DNA of 64,000 nucleotides from positions 3,000 through 66,999 of the forward strand of contig NZ_JAENYR010000010.1 in assembly GCF_016841685.1 (NCBI RefSeq), given 5' to 3'. The notes under the pieces were generated by a model. That model saw only the letters and a program-made list of their open reading frames with translations, did no database searches and was not told where the DNA came from. Shown in pieces: positions 1-9,455 of the stretch; the first letter of the stretch is position 1; every line of letters starts with the position of its first letter. The DNA comes from Thiohalomonas denitrificans. GTDB lineage: Bacteria; Pseudomonadota; Gammaproteobacteria; Thiohalomonadales; Thiohalomonadaceae. The position numbers were made by a program, and so were the translations under genes.

Positions 1-1
1 G

Positions 2-328
2 CACATCGAAGCGCAGTTGGAAGGCTGCGATGCGCTGATGATTGAGTGTAATCATGACTCGGAGATGCTGGCCAACGGGCCATATCCACCCTCACTCAAG
101 GCGCGGGTAGGCGGCGGACATGGGCATCTCAGCAACTCCCAGACGGCGGGCGTCCTGGAACGGCTGAATACCTCGGGGCTCCAGCACGTGGTTGCCGCCC
201 ACCTCAGCGAGAAGAATAATCACCCGGATCTGGCGCGGGCCGCCATCAGCAATGCCCTGGGTTGTGAGCCGGAATGGGTGACGGTGGCCGAGCAGGATGA
301 GGGCTTTGGCTGGCGCGAGATTGTCTGA
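2..328 (+). CDS. MBL-fold metallo-hydrolase (YycJ/PhnP-like), 5' partial
   Basis: Frame is open from the window edge; motifs IECNHD, GHLSN and HLSEKNN are typical of YycJ-like metallo-beta-lactamase folds. Confidence 0.8.
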   Translation, partial: HIEAQLEGCDALMIECNHDSEMLANGPYPPSLKARVGGGHGHLSNSQTAGVLERLNTSGLQHVVAAHLSEKNNHPDLARAAISNALGCEPEWVTVAEQDEGFGWREIV

Positions 329-396
329 ACAGATTATCGAAGTCGCGCTGAATTACTATCGATTGCCCCTGTTGGGGCGAAATCCGGGAAGCCGAT

Positions 397-1110
397 ATGG
401 AAAAGAAGTCTGAACTCTACGCCGGCAAGGCGAAATCGGTGTACAACACCGATGAAGCGGACAAGTTGATCTTGCAGTTCCGCGACGACACCTCGGCGTT
501 CGATGGCGAAAAAATCGAGCAGTTGGCACGCAAGGGCATGGTGACCAACAAGTTCAATGCCTTCATTATGCAGAAGCTCGAAGAAGCAGGCATACCCACC
601 CACTTCGAGCGTTTGCTGTCCGATACCGAGTCGGTGGTCAAGAGGCTGGAGATGCTCCCGGTCGAGTGCGTGGTGCGCAATATTGCAGCCGGTTCCATCG
701 TCCGGCGACTGGGCGTGGAAGAGGGCATCGATCTTGACCCGCCCACGTTCGAATTCTTTCTCAAGGATGATGCCCGGCACGATCCGATGATCAACGAATA
801 TCACATCCGGACCTTCGGCTGGGCTACAGAGGCCGAGATTGAACAGATGAAGGCGCTGACCTTCCGGGTGAACGACGTCTTGAAAGCACTGTTTGGCGAC
901 GCGGGGCTGCTGCTGGTCGACTACAAGCTGGAGTATGGCCGATTCGAAGGTCGGATTATCCTGGGTGATGAGTTCACACCGGACGGCTGCCGTTTGTGGG
1001 ATGCGCAGACCCGCAACAAGCTGGACAAGGATCGCTTCCGCCAGGGCATTGGCGGAGTGGTCGAAGCCTATGAAGAGGTGGCACGCCGCCTCGGGGTCTC
1101 GTTGGACTGA
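397..1110 (+). CDS. purC: Phosphoribosylaminoimidazole-succinocarboxamide synthase
   Basis: [47 protein letters not shown] and DKDRFR motifs; 237 aa. Confidence 0.97.
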   Translation: MEKKSELYAGKAKSVYNTDEADKLILQFRDDTSAFDGEKIEQLARKGMVTNKFNAFIMQKLEEAGIPTHFERLLSDTESVVKRLEMLPVECVVRNIAAGSIVRRLGVEEGIDLDPPTFEFFLKDDARHDPMINEYHIRTFGWATEAEIEQMKALTFRVNDVLKALFGDAGLLLVDYKLEYGRFEGRIILGDEFTPDGCRLWDAQTRNKLDKDRFRQGIGGVVEAYEEVARRLGVSLD

Positions 1111-1279
1111 GTTTCCACTTATCGGTCGCTACGCTGATTTCCCCAAGCTACTCTGTGTTCCCGTGGTTAGACCATTAGCTGCTAACCCCTGAACCTTGAT
1201 TGCCGAACCGCCCACTGCGTCCGCTGGTGGATTGCGCTACAATCCAGGCCGCTCAAGCGAACGGAGATTGTGCAGGCCT

Positions 1280-3172
1280 ATGGCTGCTGACTACACCGCT
1301 GAATCGATTGAGGTCCTTTCGGGCCTGGAACCGGTGCGCAAGCGCCCCGGCATGTACACCCAGACCGAAAGGCCGAATCACCTGGCCCAGGAGGTCATCG
1401 ACAACAGTGTCGATGAAGCGATTGCCGGGTACGCCAAGAGCATCGAGGTGACCCTCTACAACGATAGTTCCCTGGAAGTGAAGGATGACGGCCGCGGCAT
1501 GCCGGTGGACATCCATCCCAAAGAGGGGGTGCCCGGCGTCGAGGTGATCCTCAGCAAACTGCACGCCGGCGGCAAATTCTCTAATAAGAGTTATCAGTTT
1601 TCCGGTGGTCTGCACGGGGTCGGTATTTCGGTAGTCAATGCCCTCTCCAGGCACCTGGATGTTCGGGTGCGGCGCGGCGGCAAGGAATACAAAATCACCT
1701 TCGGCGACGGCAAGAAAAAGTCGGACCTGGAGGTGATTGGTGAGGTGGGCAAGCGCAATACCGGCACCACCCTGCGCTTCTGGCCCGATACCACATTTTT
1801 CGATTCGCCGAAGTTCTCCGTTCCTCGTCTCAAGCATGTGTTGCGCGCCAAGGCGGTGCTCTGTCCGGGATTGCTCATTCGCTTCAAAGAGGAGGCCAGC
1901 GGCGAAGTCACCGAGTGGTTCTATGAAGACGGGCTGCGGGACTATCTGATGGACGCCCTGCAGGGCTGGGAAACCCTGCCGGAAGAGCCGTTTCTTGGTA
2001 GCTTCAGCGGGACCACCGAGGCGGCTGAGTGGGCGGTGGTGTGGCTGCCGGAGGGCGGTGAAGCAACTGCGGAAAGCTATGTCAATCTGGTGCCTACGGC
2101 CCAGGGTGGCACCCACGTCAACGGACTCCGCACCGGACTCACCGAAGCCATTCGCGAATTCTGCGAATTCCGGAATCTATTGCCGCGTGGTGTAAAGATT
2201 GCCCCGGAGGACGTCTGGGACAAGCTCAGCTATATCCTGTCCGTCAAAATGGCGGATCCGCAATTCTCCGGCCAGACCAAGGAGCGCCTCTCTTCACGGG
2301 AGTGCGCCCCGTTTGTCTCGGGTGTGGTGAAGGATGCCTTCTCCCTCTGGCTCAATCAGCACACCGATCTCGGAGAACGCATCGCCGACCAGGTGATCAA
2401 CAGCGCCCAGTCACGGCTGCGGGCCGGGCGCAAGGTCGCCCGCAAGAAAGTCACTCAGGGGCCGGCTCTGCCGGGCAAACTAGCCGACTGTTCGAGCTCC
2501 GATCCGGATCGCACAGAACTGTTTCTGGTGGAGGGTGATTCGGCCGGTGGTTCGGCCAAACAGGCCCGCAACAAGGAGTTTCAGGCCATCATGCCGCTAC
2601 GCGGCAAGATCCTGAATACCTGGGAGGTGGACCCGGCCGAAGTGCTGGCGTCCCAGGAAGTACACGATATCGCCGTTGCCATTGGTGTCGATCCCGGCTC
2701 TGAAAACCTGTCAGGGCTGCGCTACGGCAAGATCTGTGTGCTCGCCGATGCCGACTCCGACGGTGCCCATATTGCCACGCTCCTGTGTGCGCTCTTTTTG
2801 CGCCACTTTCGTCCGCTGGTGGCCGCCGGCAACGTCTACATCGCCATGCCGCCGCTCTATCGGATCGATGTGGGCAAGGAGCTTTTCTACGCCCTGGATG
2901 ACGCCGAGCGTCAGGGCGTGCTGGATCGCATTGCCGCCGAAAAGAAAAAGGGCAAGGTGGCGGTTACCCGCTTCAAGGGACTGGGCGAGATGAATCCCAT
3001 GCAGCTGCGTGAGACCACCCTGGCCCCCGATACCCGACGTCTGGTGCAGCTGACGGTCGAACCCGGTGACGACACCAACCAGCTTATGGATATGCTTCTC
3101 GCCAAGAAGCGCTCACCTGAGCGCAAGTCTTGGCTGGAGCAGAAAGGGGATTTGGCGGAAGTGCTGGCATAA
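1280..3172 (+). CDS. parE: DNA topoisomerase IV subunit B
   Basis: EPVRKRPGMY, EVIDNSVDE, GLHGVGISVVNALS, EGDSAGGSAKQ, PLRGKILN and RFKGLGEM motifs; about 630 aa with no gyrase insert; start taken at ATG 1280 (MAADYTAESIEVL). Confidence 0.96.
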   Translation: MAADYTAESIEVLSGLEPVRKRPGMYTQTERPNHLAQEVIDNSVDEAIAGYAKSIEVTLYNDSSLEVKDDGRGMPVDIHPKEGVPGVEVILSKLHAGGKFSNKSYQFSGGLHGVGISVVNALSRHLDVRVRRGGKEYKITFGDGKKKSDLEVIGEVGKRNTGTTLRFWPDTTFFDSPKFSVPRLKHVLRAKAVLCPGLLIRFKEEASGEVTEWFYEDGLRDYLMDALQGWETLPEEPFLGSFSGTTEAAEWAVVWLPEGGEATAESYVNLVPTAQGGTHVNGLRTGLTEAIREFCEFRNLLPRGVKIAPEDVWDKLSYILSVKMADPQFSGQTKERLSSRECAPFVSGVVKDAFSLWLNQHTDLGERIADQVINSAQSRLRAGRKVARKKVTQGPALPGKLADCSSSDPDRTELFLVEGDSAGGSAKQARNKEFQAIMPLRGKILNTWEVDPAEVLASQEVHDIAVAIGVDPGSENLSGLRYGKICVLADADSDGAHIATLLCALFLRHFRPLVAAGNVYIAMPPLYRIDVGKELFYALDDAERQGVLDRIAAEKKKGKVAVTRFKGLGEMNPMQLRETTLAPDTRRLVQLTVEPGDDTNQLMDMLLAKKRSPERKSWLEQKGDLAEVLA

Positions 3173-3226
3173 TGGTTCGCAATCGAGCCTGGAGGGAAGC
3201 GCGCCAGCTATACTCGGAGTAAATCA

Positions 3227-3517
3227 GGGCAACCGCGTTTTGAAGCGAGTGATGCAAGTGCTTGATATCAGGTCGACGGAACACGACTGCATGGAAGCAG
3301 GAGGTAGAACAACGCACGCCGTCATGGAAGGCGGTGGTAGACAATGCATGGAGCATAGGGTCGGGTGACCCGTTGTCGAGAGATGCTGCCGTCGAGCCTA
3401 CAGGGATGAAGTGATGGCTCCTGCATCATCTTCACTTCCTACATCCCTGTAGGTCGTATCCACGGCAAGCCTGATATCCAGCAGTTGCATCCGCTCGCCA
3501 AGCACCAAGCTTGTGAG
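3227..3517 (+). repeat. Intergenic modular hairpin repeat, family A copy 1
   Basis: Ends GGGCAACCGC... and ...GCACCAAGCTTGTGAG; subterminal inverted repeats gcgagtgatgcaagtgcttgatatcagg / cctgatatccagcagttgcatccgctcgc; homologous segments recur at 18061, 31972, 36994, 53525 and 56359. Confidence 0.85.
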
Positions 3518-3561
3518 TATGTGTTCCCTACGGACTAAATGATTGGCGAAAGGAATCTTCC

Positions 3562-3693
3562 ATGACTATGGTAACGTTGCAGCCCATCGTGGCACTGCTC
3601 GCCGGTAGTTTGATATTGCTGATACCGCGGATGTTGAACTATATCGTTGCTGTATACCTCATCATCGTCGGTATTCTTGGTCTCATTCAGTAG
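3562..3693 (+). CDS. Small membrane protein, DUF3096-like (43 aa; not in the supplied ORF track)
   Basis: Hand translation gives MTMVTLQPIVALLAGSLILLIPRMLNYIVAVYLIIVGILGLIQ*, with AGGA upstream; LQPIVAL...PRxLNYIVAxYL matches my recollection of DUF3096. Confidence 0.8.
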   Translation: MTMVTLQPIVALLAGSLILLIPRMLNYIVAVYLIIVGILGLIQ

Positions 3694-3885
3694 CCGTCTG
3701 GCGAGAGGGCTCTCGGCCCGGGTTTACTCGGTAGGCTCCTGACATCGCCTGTTTCTCTCCGATGTTTTCGGACGGCTTCTTCATTCGGTACTGTTCATTG
3801 GCACTGGTAACTCCGGTGCTTCTTGCCATACTTTTCTGTCTGAAGGGCTGGTAGCACGCAACCCCGGACCGGAAAGCAGAGGCCT

Positions 3886-5715
3886 ATGGCAGGTATCGTG
3901 ATCAGTTACGACCCCAGCGGCCGTAACGGAGAAAATGTCCATACCGTTGCGGCAATGCTGCGTGGAATTGGTCGCCCTGATTGTGAGCCCGCTATTGCTA
4001 TCGAAGGCGAGGTGGTGTTGGCGTCCTGTGGCGGAAAATCGCCACTTTGGGATGCTTCACACAGCTGCTGTGTGCTGTTCGAGGGCGAACTGGTTGGTGA
4101 TGGCCACGATGCACCTGAACTCCGGATCCTGGAGCTCTACCGGGAACGGGGCGAGGGTTTTATAGAGGCCCTGAATGGCACTTTTGCCTCCGTCGTCTGG
4201 GACGCAAAATGCAAGCGACTGATGGTGGGCAATGACCGATTTGGACTCCATCCCCTCTACACGGCCATCGTGAATGGCCGTCATCTCTGGGCCTCTTCCC
4301 CCAAGGCGATGTTGGCCAACCCTGCATTCACGGTCCATCTCAACCCAGTCGGCTTGGCTGACTTTCTTGGGCTCAATCTGTTCCAGGCCGACGACACCCT
4401 GGTTCAGGGCGTGTCTGAAATCACCCCGGGAACCTTCGATGTCTGCGAGCCCCACGGTGTGCGAACGCTCCGCTATTGGGATTTCGTTCTTAGCGAAGAG
4501 GAGAATGGCCGATCCTCCCGGAGTTATGTGGAAGGCGCTGTTGACGTACTTCGAGCCAGTGCCGGCCGCAGGCAGGCGAACGAAGAAACCAGCGGTTTCC
4601 TGTTGAGCGGCGGGACCAGTTCCCGCGTGGCCCTCGGGGCACTTGATCGGGGTCGCCTGGTGGGATTGGCTTTCGGCGCCCCGAACAGTTCCGAGGCGGC
4701 CTTTGCCTGGCAGGTTGCGGAAACCGCCGGGATCCCCTTTCGTTTTCATGCCCTGGGGCCGGAGCGGCTAAAAACTGACGCTCCCGTGGGTATCGAACGC
4801 AGTCCGGAGCCGCTGAGCTGCATCCAGTTCGACGGGCTCGGTGCGTGGGGAACGGTCGATGCCGACTGCAAGGTTATCGTCACCGGGTGTGGTGGCGCCG
4901 CTGTGTTCGGGCAACCCGCCCGCCCGCGAGAGTGGGCAGGCGAGTTTACCGCCGAGCGCCATTTTGAGGCTTTGCGGGTTTTCAGCGATGAGGATTTGTC
5001 GCAACTGCTTCAGCCGGGATGGTACCGACAGATAGAGGGTGCAGCACTCCGTCGGTTTCGGGATGACCTCGCACGCTGCCCATCGCGCCACGGGATCCAC
5101 CGGCTGGACTACTGGGCGCTGCGCCAGTGGACCCGCCGCCTCGATAGCCGGTTGGCCCATCTCTTTCCTGAGGGGACACGGATACGACCCCTGTTTCTGG
5201 ACAACGAAGTGGTTGACTTTGCCCGTGCACTGCCCCCGTCGCTGCGCTGGGGCGAAAAATCCGTCTATCGACGCGCCCTGTTAAAGATCGCTCCCGAACT
5301 GGCCAGCCTGCCGGTGACGACCACAGGCGGTCTGCCGCTCTCCTACGGCCTGCGCAGGCTGCGATACCATCATCGCCTTGCTGCATGGGCCAAGAGATTC
5401 AGTCGTGCATCCGGAGGCATCCTGCTGCCTGCCAGCCGGCCTCTCAGTGCCGCACCCGATTATGCCTCCTGGTTGAGGCGGGATCTCCACGACTGGATGA
5501 CAAAACTGCTGCTGGAGCCACGGACACTCGACCGCGGTCTGTGGCGTCGGGAAGGGCTTCTCGCCCTGATTGCCGATTGTCTGAATGGCGGCGACCGGGC
5601 CCAACCTGCAGCCCGCAAGATCTTTACCCTGATCAGTCTCGAATTGTGGTGCCGCCGCTACTTTGATATCGCCGGAGAAGCGGTTCTGCCAAGCGACCAT
5701 TCCGCGGCCCGCTAG
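3886..5715 (+). CDS. Asparagine synthase-related (AsnB-like) protein with degenerate catalytic motifs
   Basis: Class II GATase-like N-domain (FEGEL, LNGTFA, NDRFGLHPLY) plus synthetase domain (LSGGTSS, PLFLDNEVV, LELWCRRY); starts MAGI rather than MCGI. Confidence 0.75.
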   Translation: MAGIVISYDPSGRNGENVHTVAAMLRGIGRPDCEPAIAIEGEVVLASCGGKSPLWDASHSCCVLFEGELVGDGHDAPELRILELYRERGEGFIEALNGTFASVVWDAKCKRLMVGNDRFGLHPLYTAIVNGRHLWASSPKAMLANPAFTVHLNPVGLADFLGLNLFQADDTLVQGVSEITPGTFDVCEPHGVRTLRYWDFVLSEEENGRSSRSYVEGAVDVLRASAGRRQANEETSGFLLSGGTSSRVALGALDRGRLVGLAFGAPNSSEAAFAWQVAETAGIPFRFHALGPERLKTDAPVGIERSPEPLSCIQFDGLGAWGTVDADCKVIVTGCGGAAVFGQPARPREWAGEFTAERHFEALRVFSDEDLSQLLQPGWYRQIEGAALRRFRDDLARCPSRHGIHRLDYWALRQWTRRLDSRLAHLFPEGTRIRPLFLDNEVVDFARALPPSLRWGEKSVYRRALLKIAPELASLPVTTTGGLPLSYGLRRLRYHHRLAAWAKRFSRASGGILLPASRPLSAAPDYASWLRRDLHDWMTKLLLEPRTLDRGLWRREGLLALIADCLNGGDRAQPAARKIFTLISLELWCRRYFDIAGEAVLPSDHSAAR

Positions 5716-5764
5716 CGGCTTTACTGCCCCTAGGCCATTAACCATTGTCCAATAATCGACAGTC

Positions 5765-6022
5765 TTAAGGCTTGTCCGGCAGGGTAACGTTCAGCTCCAG
5801 CACCTCATAGTCCCCCTCCTGCTCGAGGTGGACCTGGACTTGTTCCTGGTCGACGGGGATGTACTTGCGGATCACTTCCAATACCTCCCGCTGCATGGCC
5901 GGGAGAAACTCATAGCGACTGTTGCGTTCGCCCCGCTGATGGGCGATCACGACCTGCAGCCGCTCTTTGGCCAGCTTGGCACTGCTGGGTTTCGTTTCGC
6001 GAAAGTAGCTGATTAGACTCAT
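5765..6022 (-). CDS. minE: Cell division topological specificity factor MinE
   Basis: SAKLAKERLQVVIAHQR, LPAMQREVLEVIRKY and LELNVTLP motifs. Confidence 0.97.
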   Translation of the reverse strand: MSLISYFRETKPSSAKLAKERLQVVIAHQRGERNSRYEFLPAMQREVLEVIRKYIPVDQEQVQVHLEQEGDYEVLELNVTLPDKP

Positions 6023-6030
6023 TATTCACC

Positions 6031-6840
6031 TCACCCGAATAGCCGTTTCAACAGGCCCTTGGGTACCGCTTCAACGAAGCGAAGCGGCACCTGTTCACCG
6101 AGGAAACGGGCGACGACGTCGGAATAGGCCTGTCCCGCCGGGTCCTTTTCATCAAGGATCACCGGCTGACCGGCATTGGAGGCCTGTAGTACACTCTCCG
6201 ATTCGGGAATCACGCCCAGCAGTCCGATCCCGACCAACTCGACGATATCGTCCACGCTCAGCATGTCGCCGTCGGAAACCCGTGCCGGCGCATAGCGCGT
6301 GATCAAAAGATGCTCCTTGACCGGCTCATCCCCTTGCTCCGCCCGGCGTGATTTGCTCGCAATGATGCCGAGCATCCGATCGGAGTCACGTACCGAGGAG
6401 ACTTCCGGGTTGGTGACCACGACGGCCTCATCAGCATAGTACATGGCCATTTGGGCACCACTTTCGATGCCGGCCGGCGAGTCGCAGACGATGTACTCGA
6501 AATCGGCCGCCTTCAGTTCGTCGATGACCTGGCCGACGCCCTCACGGGTGAGGGCGTCTTTGTCCCGTGTCTGGGAGGCGGGCAGAATGTAGAGCCCCTC
6601 AACACGCCGATCCTTAATCAGTGTTTGATTGAGGTTGGCCTCGCCCTGGACCAGGTTGATGAAGTCGTATACCACGCGCCGTTCGCAACCCATGATCAGA
6701 TCCAGGTTGCGCAGGCCCACGTCGAAGTCGATCACGACCGTCTTGTGACCCCGCAGGGCCAAACCGGTAGCGAACGCGGCACTGGTGGTGGTTTTGCCTA
6801 CACCGCCCTTGCCGGAGGTCATAACGATTACTCTGTTCAA
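6031..6840 (-). CDS. minD: Septum site-determining ATPase MinD
   Basis: TSGKGGVGKTT, DFDVGLRNLD, DSPAGIE and C-terminal amphipathic GLLKRLFG; probable TTG start at 6840 gives 269 aa. Confidence 0.97.
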   Translation of the reverse strand: MNRVIVMTSGKGGVGKTTTSAAFATGLALRGHKTVVIDFDVGLRNLDLIMGCERRVVYDFINLVQGEANLNQTLIKDRRVEGLYILPASQTRDKDALTREGVGQVIDELKAADFEYIVCDSPAGIESGAQMAMYYADEAVVVTNPEVSSVRDSDRMLGIIASKSRRAEQGDEPVKEHLLITRYAPARVSDGDMLSVDDIVELVGIGLLGVIPESESVLQASNAGQPVILDEKDPAGQAYSDVVARFLGEQVPLRFVEAVPKGLLKRLFG

Positions 6841-6980
6841 TGCGCTCTCCCCGTGTTGCTCGCAATAGTGGTCAGTTAGGTCGGGCCTGTCGCCTGACAA
6901 GACGGCCGACACGAATGCTTCCCCGCTCCCCTGGGCCTCCCTTTGCTGGCGTCTACCTTTCGCTGGGCGTACAAGGCATC

Positions 6981-7661
6981 TTACACGGTCTCGATGCGCA
7001 ACTGCTCGCCATCAAGATGGATGTAGGCCGGCCCACCGCGTTGGCCGGCCTCCGGCTCCTCCAAGGTTCGGTAATGTCCTGCCACGGAGACCAGTTCGGC
7101 ATGAAGTACGGCGCAGGAGATGGTGGCCGTATCATCCCCCAGGATTCCCGCCAGCGCACGGCCCCGGAGCGGCGCGTGGACGTAGATAGAACCGCCCGCC
7201 AACACCTCCGCGCCGGCACTGACCGGAGCCAGCAGAATCAGATCGCCGAGGGTATGGATCTGCTGTCCCGAGCGGACCGGCTGGCTGACGACGCGCACCG
7301 GAGTGCGGTCGGATTCCGGTTTGGGAGCCTCTTCAACCGCCCTTTCTCGCTGCCCGCCCAATAGTTTCCAGCCGGCAGTCTGTGCCGCCTCTGCCTGCGT
7401 CGGCCCGGCATTGCTGATTCCGGCCGGGATGATACCGGCTTCGCGCAGCGCGGCATCCAGCGCCACGAAGTCGGGCAGCGCCTCTGTCTCCTGCAGGGGT
7501 GCCAGATCCAGCGCCACCAGCGCTCCCTGAAACATGCCCGGGGCCTGGGTGACGGTCTCTTCCAAAGCCCGGCGGAAGCTTTCGACATCGGTGTCGCACA
7601 GCAGCAGTCGCTGCATCAGCTGCATGCCGGCGCGGAGCTCAAAGGGGCGGGGTTCACTCAT
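6981..7661 (-). CDS. minC: Septum site-determining protein MinC
   Basis: PVRSGQQI, VSAGAEVLAGGSIYVHAPLRGRALAG and AELVSVAG motifs; upstream of minDE. Confidence 0.93.
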   Translation of the reverse strand: MSEPRPFELRAGMQLMQRLLLCDTDVESFRRALEETVTQAPGMFQGALVALDLAPLQETEALPDFVALDAALREAGIIPAGISNAGPTQAEAAQTAGWKLLGGQRERAVEEAPKPESDRTPVRVVSQPVRSGQQIHTLGDLILLAPVSAGAEVLAGGSIYVHAPLRGRALAGILGDDTATISCAVLHAELVSVAGHYRTLEEPEAGQRGGPAYIHLDGEQLRIETV

Positions 7662-8097
7662 AGTTCGCTAATGTCGCTTCGAAACCAATCCGACCATTAT
7701 ACCGGCCCGAGATACCCATGTGGGAACAGCGATTGTATCGCAATCGACGGAGGGCACCATGCAGAATAGCCACAATCGGAGTACCGATTGCTCATGGGAA
7801 AGAGGGGGGCGAGCTGAAGAGAAACCGGAAGGACGGGACACGTGACGCCTCTGGTTTCCGGGGTCAGAGGATACCGTACGATCTCGCCAACCTGATTTAG
7901 CCGGATATCAGCAAGAGCCGTGTAAGCGATAGGGAAGTGATCACCATAACATACCCGGGCGTTTATCCCCTGAATAATGAGAGGCGTGCGGCATGTCTCG
8001 AACGTCGTCAGGCAAGCTATCTTCCGCCTGTGCTAGCTGGAAGTCCCCTGCTGCGATTTGTATGGAAAACAGTCACATAACAGAAGAACCCGACTAG

Positions 8098-8297
8098 GAG
8101 CTTGTCCGAGAATAGCGACCGTCACGAGGGCAAGACGGATTGAGTGGGATTTTTCGGTCATTGGAGACGAATACGACTGCATGGACGCAGTCGTTAGAGC
8201 GACGCATGCCGCCATGGATGGCGGTAGTAGAGAGTGTCTGGAACCTATTCTCGATGATGCCCGAGCCGAGTAGGTCAGCCTATTCTCGGACAGGCTC
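8098..8297. mobile_element. 200-bp MITE with IS5-like ends and CTAG target duplication
   Basis: 18-bp terminal inverted repeats GAGCTTGTCCGAGAATAG / CTATTCTCGGACAGGCTC (17/18 match), flanked by CTAG at 8094-8097 and 8298-8301; no transposase. Confidence 0.75.
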
Positions 8298-8338
8298 CTA
8301 GAGAGGTTTGCCTGTGCTAAAAGCGATCAAAAATTCCT

Positions 8339-8363
8339 GGAACTTTTATGTCTGTAGTGCGTT
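8339..8363 (+). promoter_or_regulatory. Putative autoregulatory ECF-sigma promoter (GGAAC-N16-CGTT)
   Basis: GGAAC at 8339-8343, 16-nt spacer, CGTT at 8360-8363, immediately ahead of the ECF gene; same motif at 10267. Confidence 0.6.
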
Positions 8364-9008
8364 ATGACAATAAATGATTACGGAGTACGGCTAAAGGTGT
8401 CTGTTTTATCGATCGCCCCGATCCTGAGCGGCCTGGGCAGGTCCAAACGGAGGGATTTTCGCGAACTTCGGGACGAAGAGTGCGCCGAAAGGTCGGGGGC
8501 CGGGGATAACGACGCTTTCGCCGAACTCGTGCGACGCTATCAGAACCGCGTCTTTCGTTACCTGAAACGGATGGTTGGTTCCGAGGAGGAGGCCCGTGAC
8601 CTTACCCAGGAGACCTTTTTGCGAGTCTACAAAGCGCTGCCGAAATGGAATGAACAGGCCCTGTTCCGATCCTGGTTGTTTCGAATCGCGAGCAATGCTG
8701 CGATCGATGAATTACGCCGCCGCCAGGACCATCGGCCGCTGTCACTCAATGGCCTCGACGAACCGGTGTCACAACAACCGACCGTTGAACACATCCACTA
8801 CGCTGAAGAACGCTATCTGTTTCTTGAGAAAGCACTCATCCGAATATCAGAGATTTACCGCCAGCCCCTGCTTTTGCGAGAGCTTGAGGGGATGACCTAC
8901 TCGGAGATAGGCAAGTTGTTGGATTTGACCGAAGGTACTGTAAAATCTCGCATTGCCCGCGCACGTGCGAAGCTGTGTGAACTATTCCGAAACTGCGGAT
9001 ATTGTTGA
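8364..9008 (+). CDS. ECF-family RNA polymerase sigma-70 factor
   Basis: Region 2 (GDNDAFAELVRRYQ, DLTQETFLRVY, FRSWLFRIASN) and region 4.2 (TYSEIGKLLDLTEGTVKSRIARAR); true start may be downstream, e.g. GTG 8397. Confidence 0.93.
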   Translation: MTINDYGVRLKVSVLSIAPILSGLGRSKRRDFRELRDEECAERSGAGDNDAFAELVRRYQNRVFRYLKRMVGSEEEARDLTQETFLRVYKALPKWNEQALFRSWLFRIASNAAIDELRRRQDHRPLSLNGLDEPVSQQPTVEHIHYAEERYLFLEKALIRISEIYRQPLLLRELEGMTYSEIGKLLDLTEGTVKSRIARARAKLCELFRNCGYC

Positions 9009-9011
9009 AAG

Positions 9012-9455
9012 ATGGATTTTTGCCCAAAAATAGAGATGCTTTCCGCATACGTCGACGGGGAGCTATCTTCAGCCGCAATGTTCGCGTTGGATGAACACGT
9101 GGCCAACTGCGCCCGCTGTCGGGAGACGGTTTCCGCGATCCACCTGCTTGGTTCGGCAGTTAACGAGGATGGCGCGCCGCCGGTGGATTTGGTACCGGAA
9201 ATCATGGAACGGATTAAATGCGAGCGAGATGTTGTTGAAGTGATGGGGATGGGCTGGCGTCGATGGAGCCCGATTTCCTTGTCTGCGGCAGCCGGGATCA
9301 TGCTGGCGATTGGGGTACTACTCGGCCATGGTGTTTTTTACCATTCGGCATCTTCGACCGATCCACTAGTTGGCAGAATGTGGGCCTTTGATCTGATTCC
9401 GCCTGGCGGAGTGTGCATTCACAACAACGCTTGCTTCGGGGTGCGCGCCAAATGA
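9012..9455 (+). CDS. Zinc-binding anti-sigma factor (zf-HC2) with one TM helix
   Basis: LSAYVDGEL...HVANCARC (HxxxCxxC), hydrophobic segment SLSAAAGIMLAIGVLLG; 3 bp after the sigma stop. Confidence 0.88.
   Translation: MDFCPKIEMLSAYVDGELSSAAMFALDEHVANCARCRETVSAIHLLGSAVNEDGAPPVDLVPEIMERIKCERDVVEVMGMGWRRWSPISLSAAAGIMLAIGVLLGHGVFYHSASSTDPLVGRMWAFDLIPPGGVCIHNNACFGVRAK

Noticed and set aside
3886-5715. Lasso-peptide cyclase interpretation of the AsnB-like gene
   Set aside because: No B1/B2 proteins, transporter or Thr(-2) precursor nearby; the upstream 43-aa ORF is a hydrophobic membrane protein
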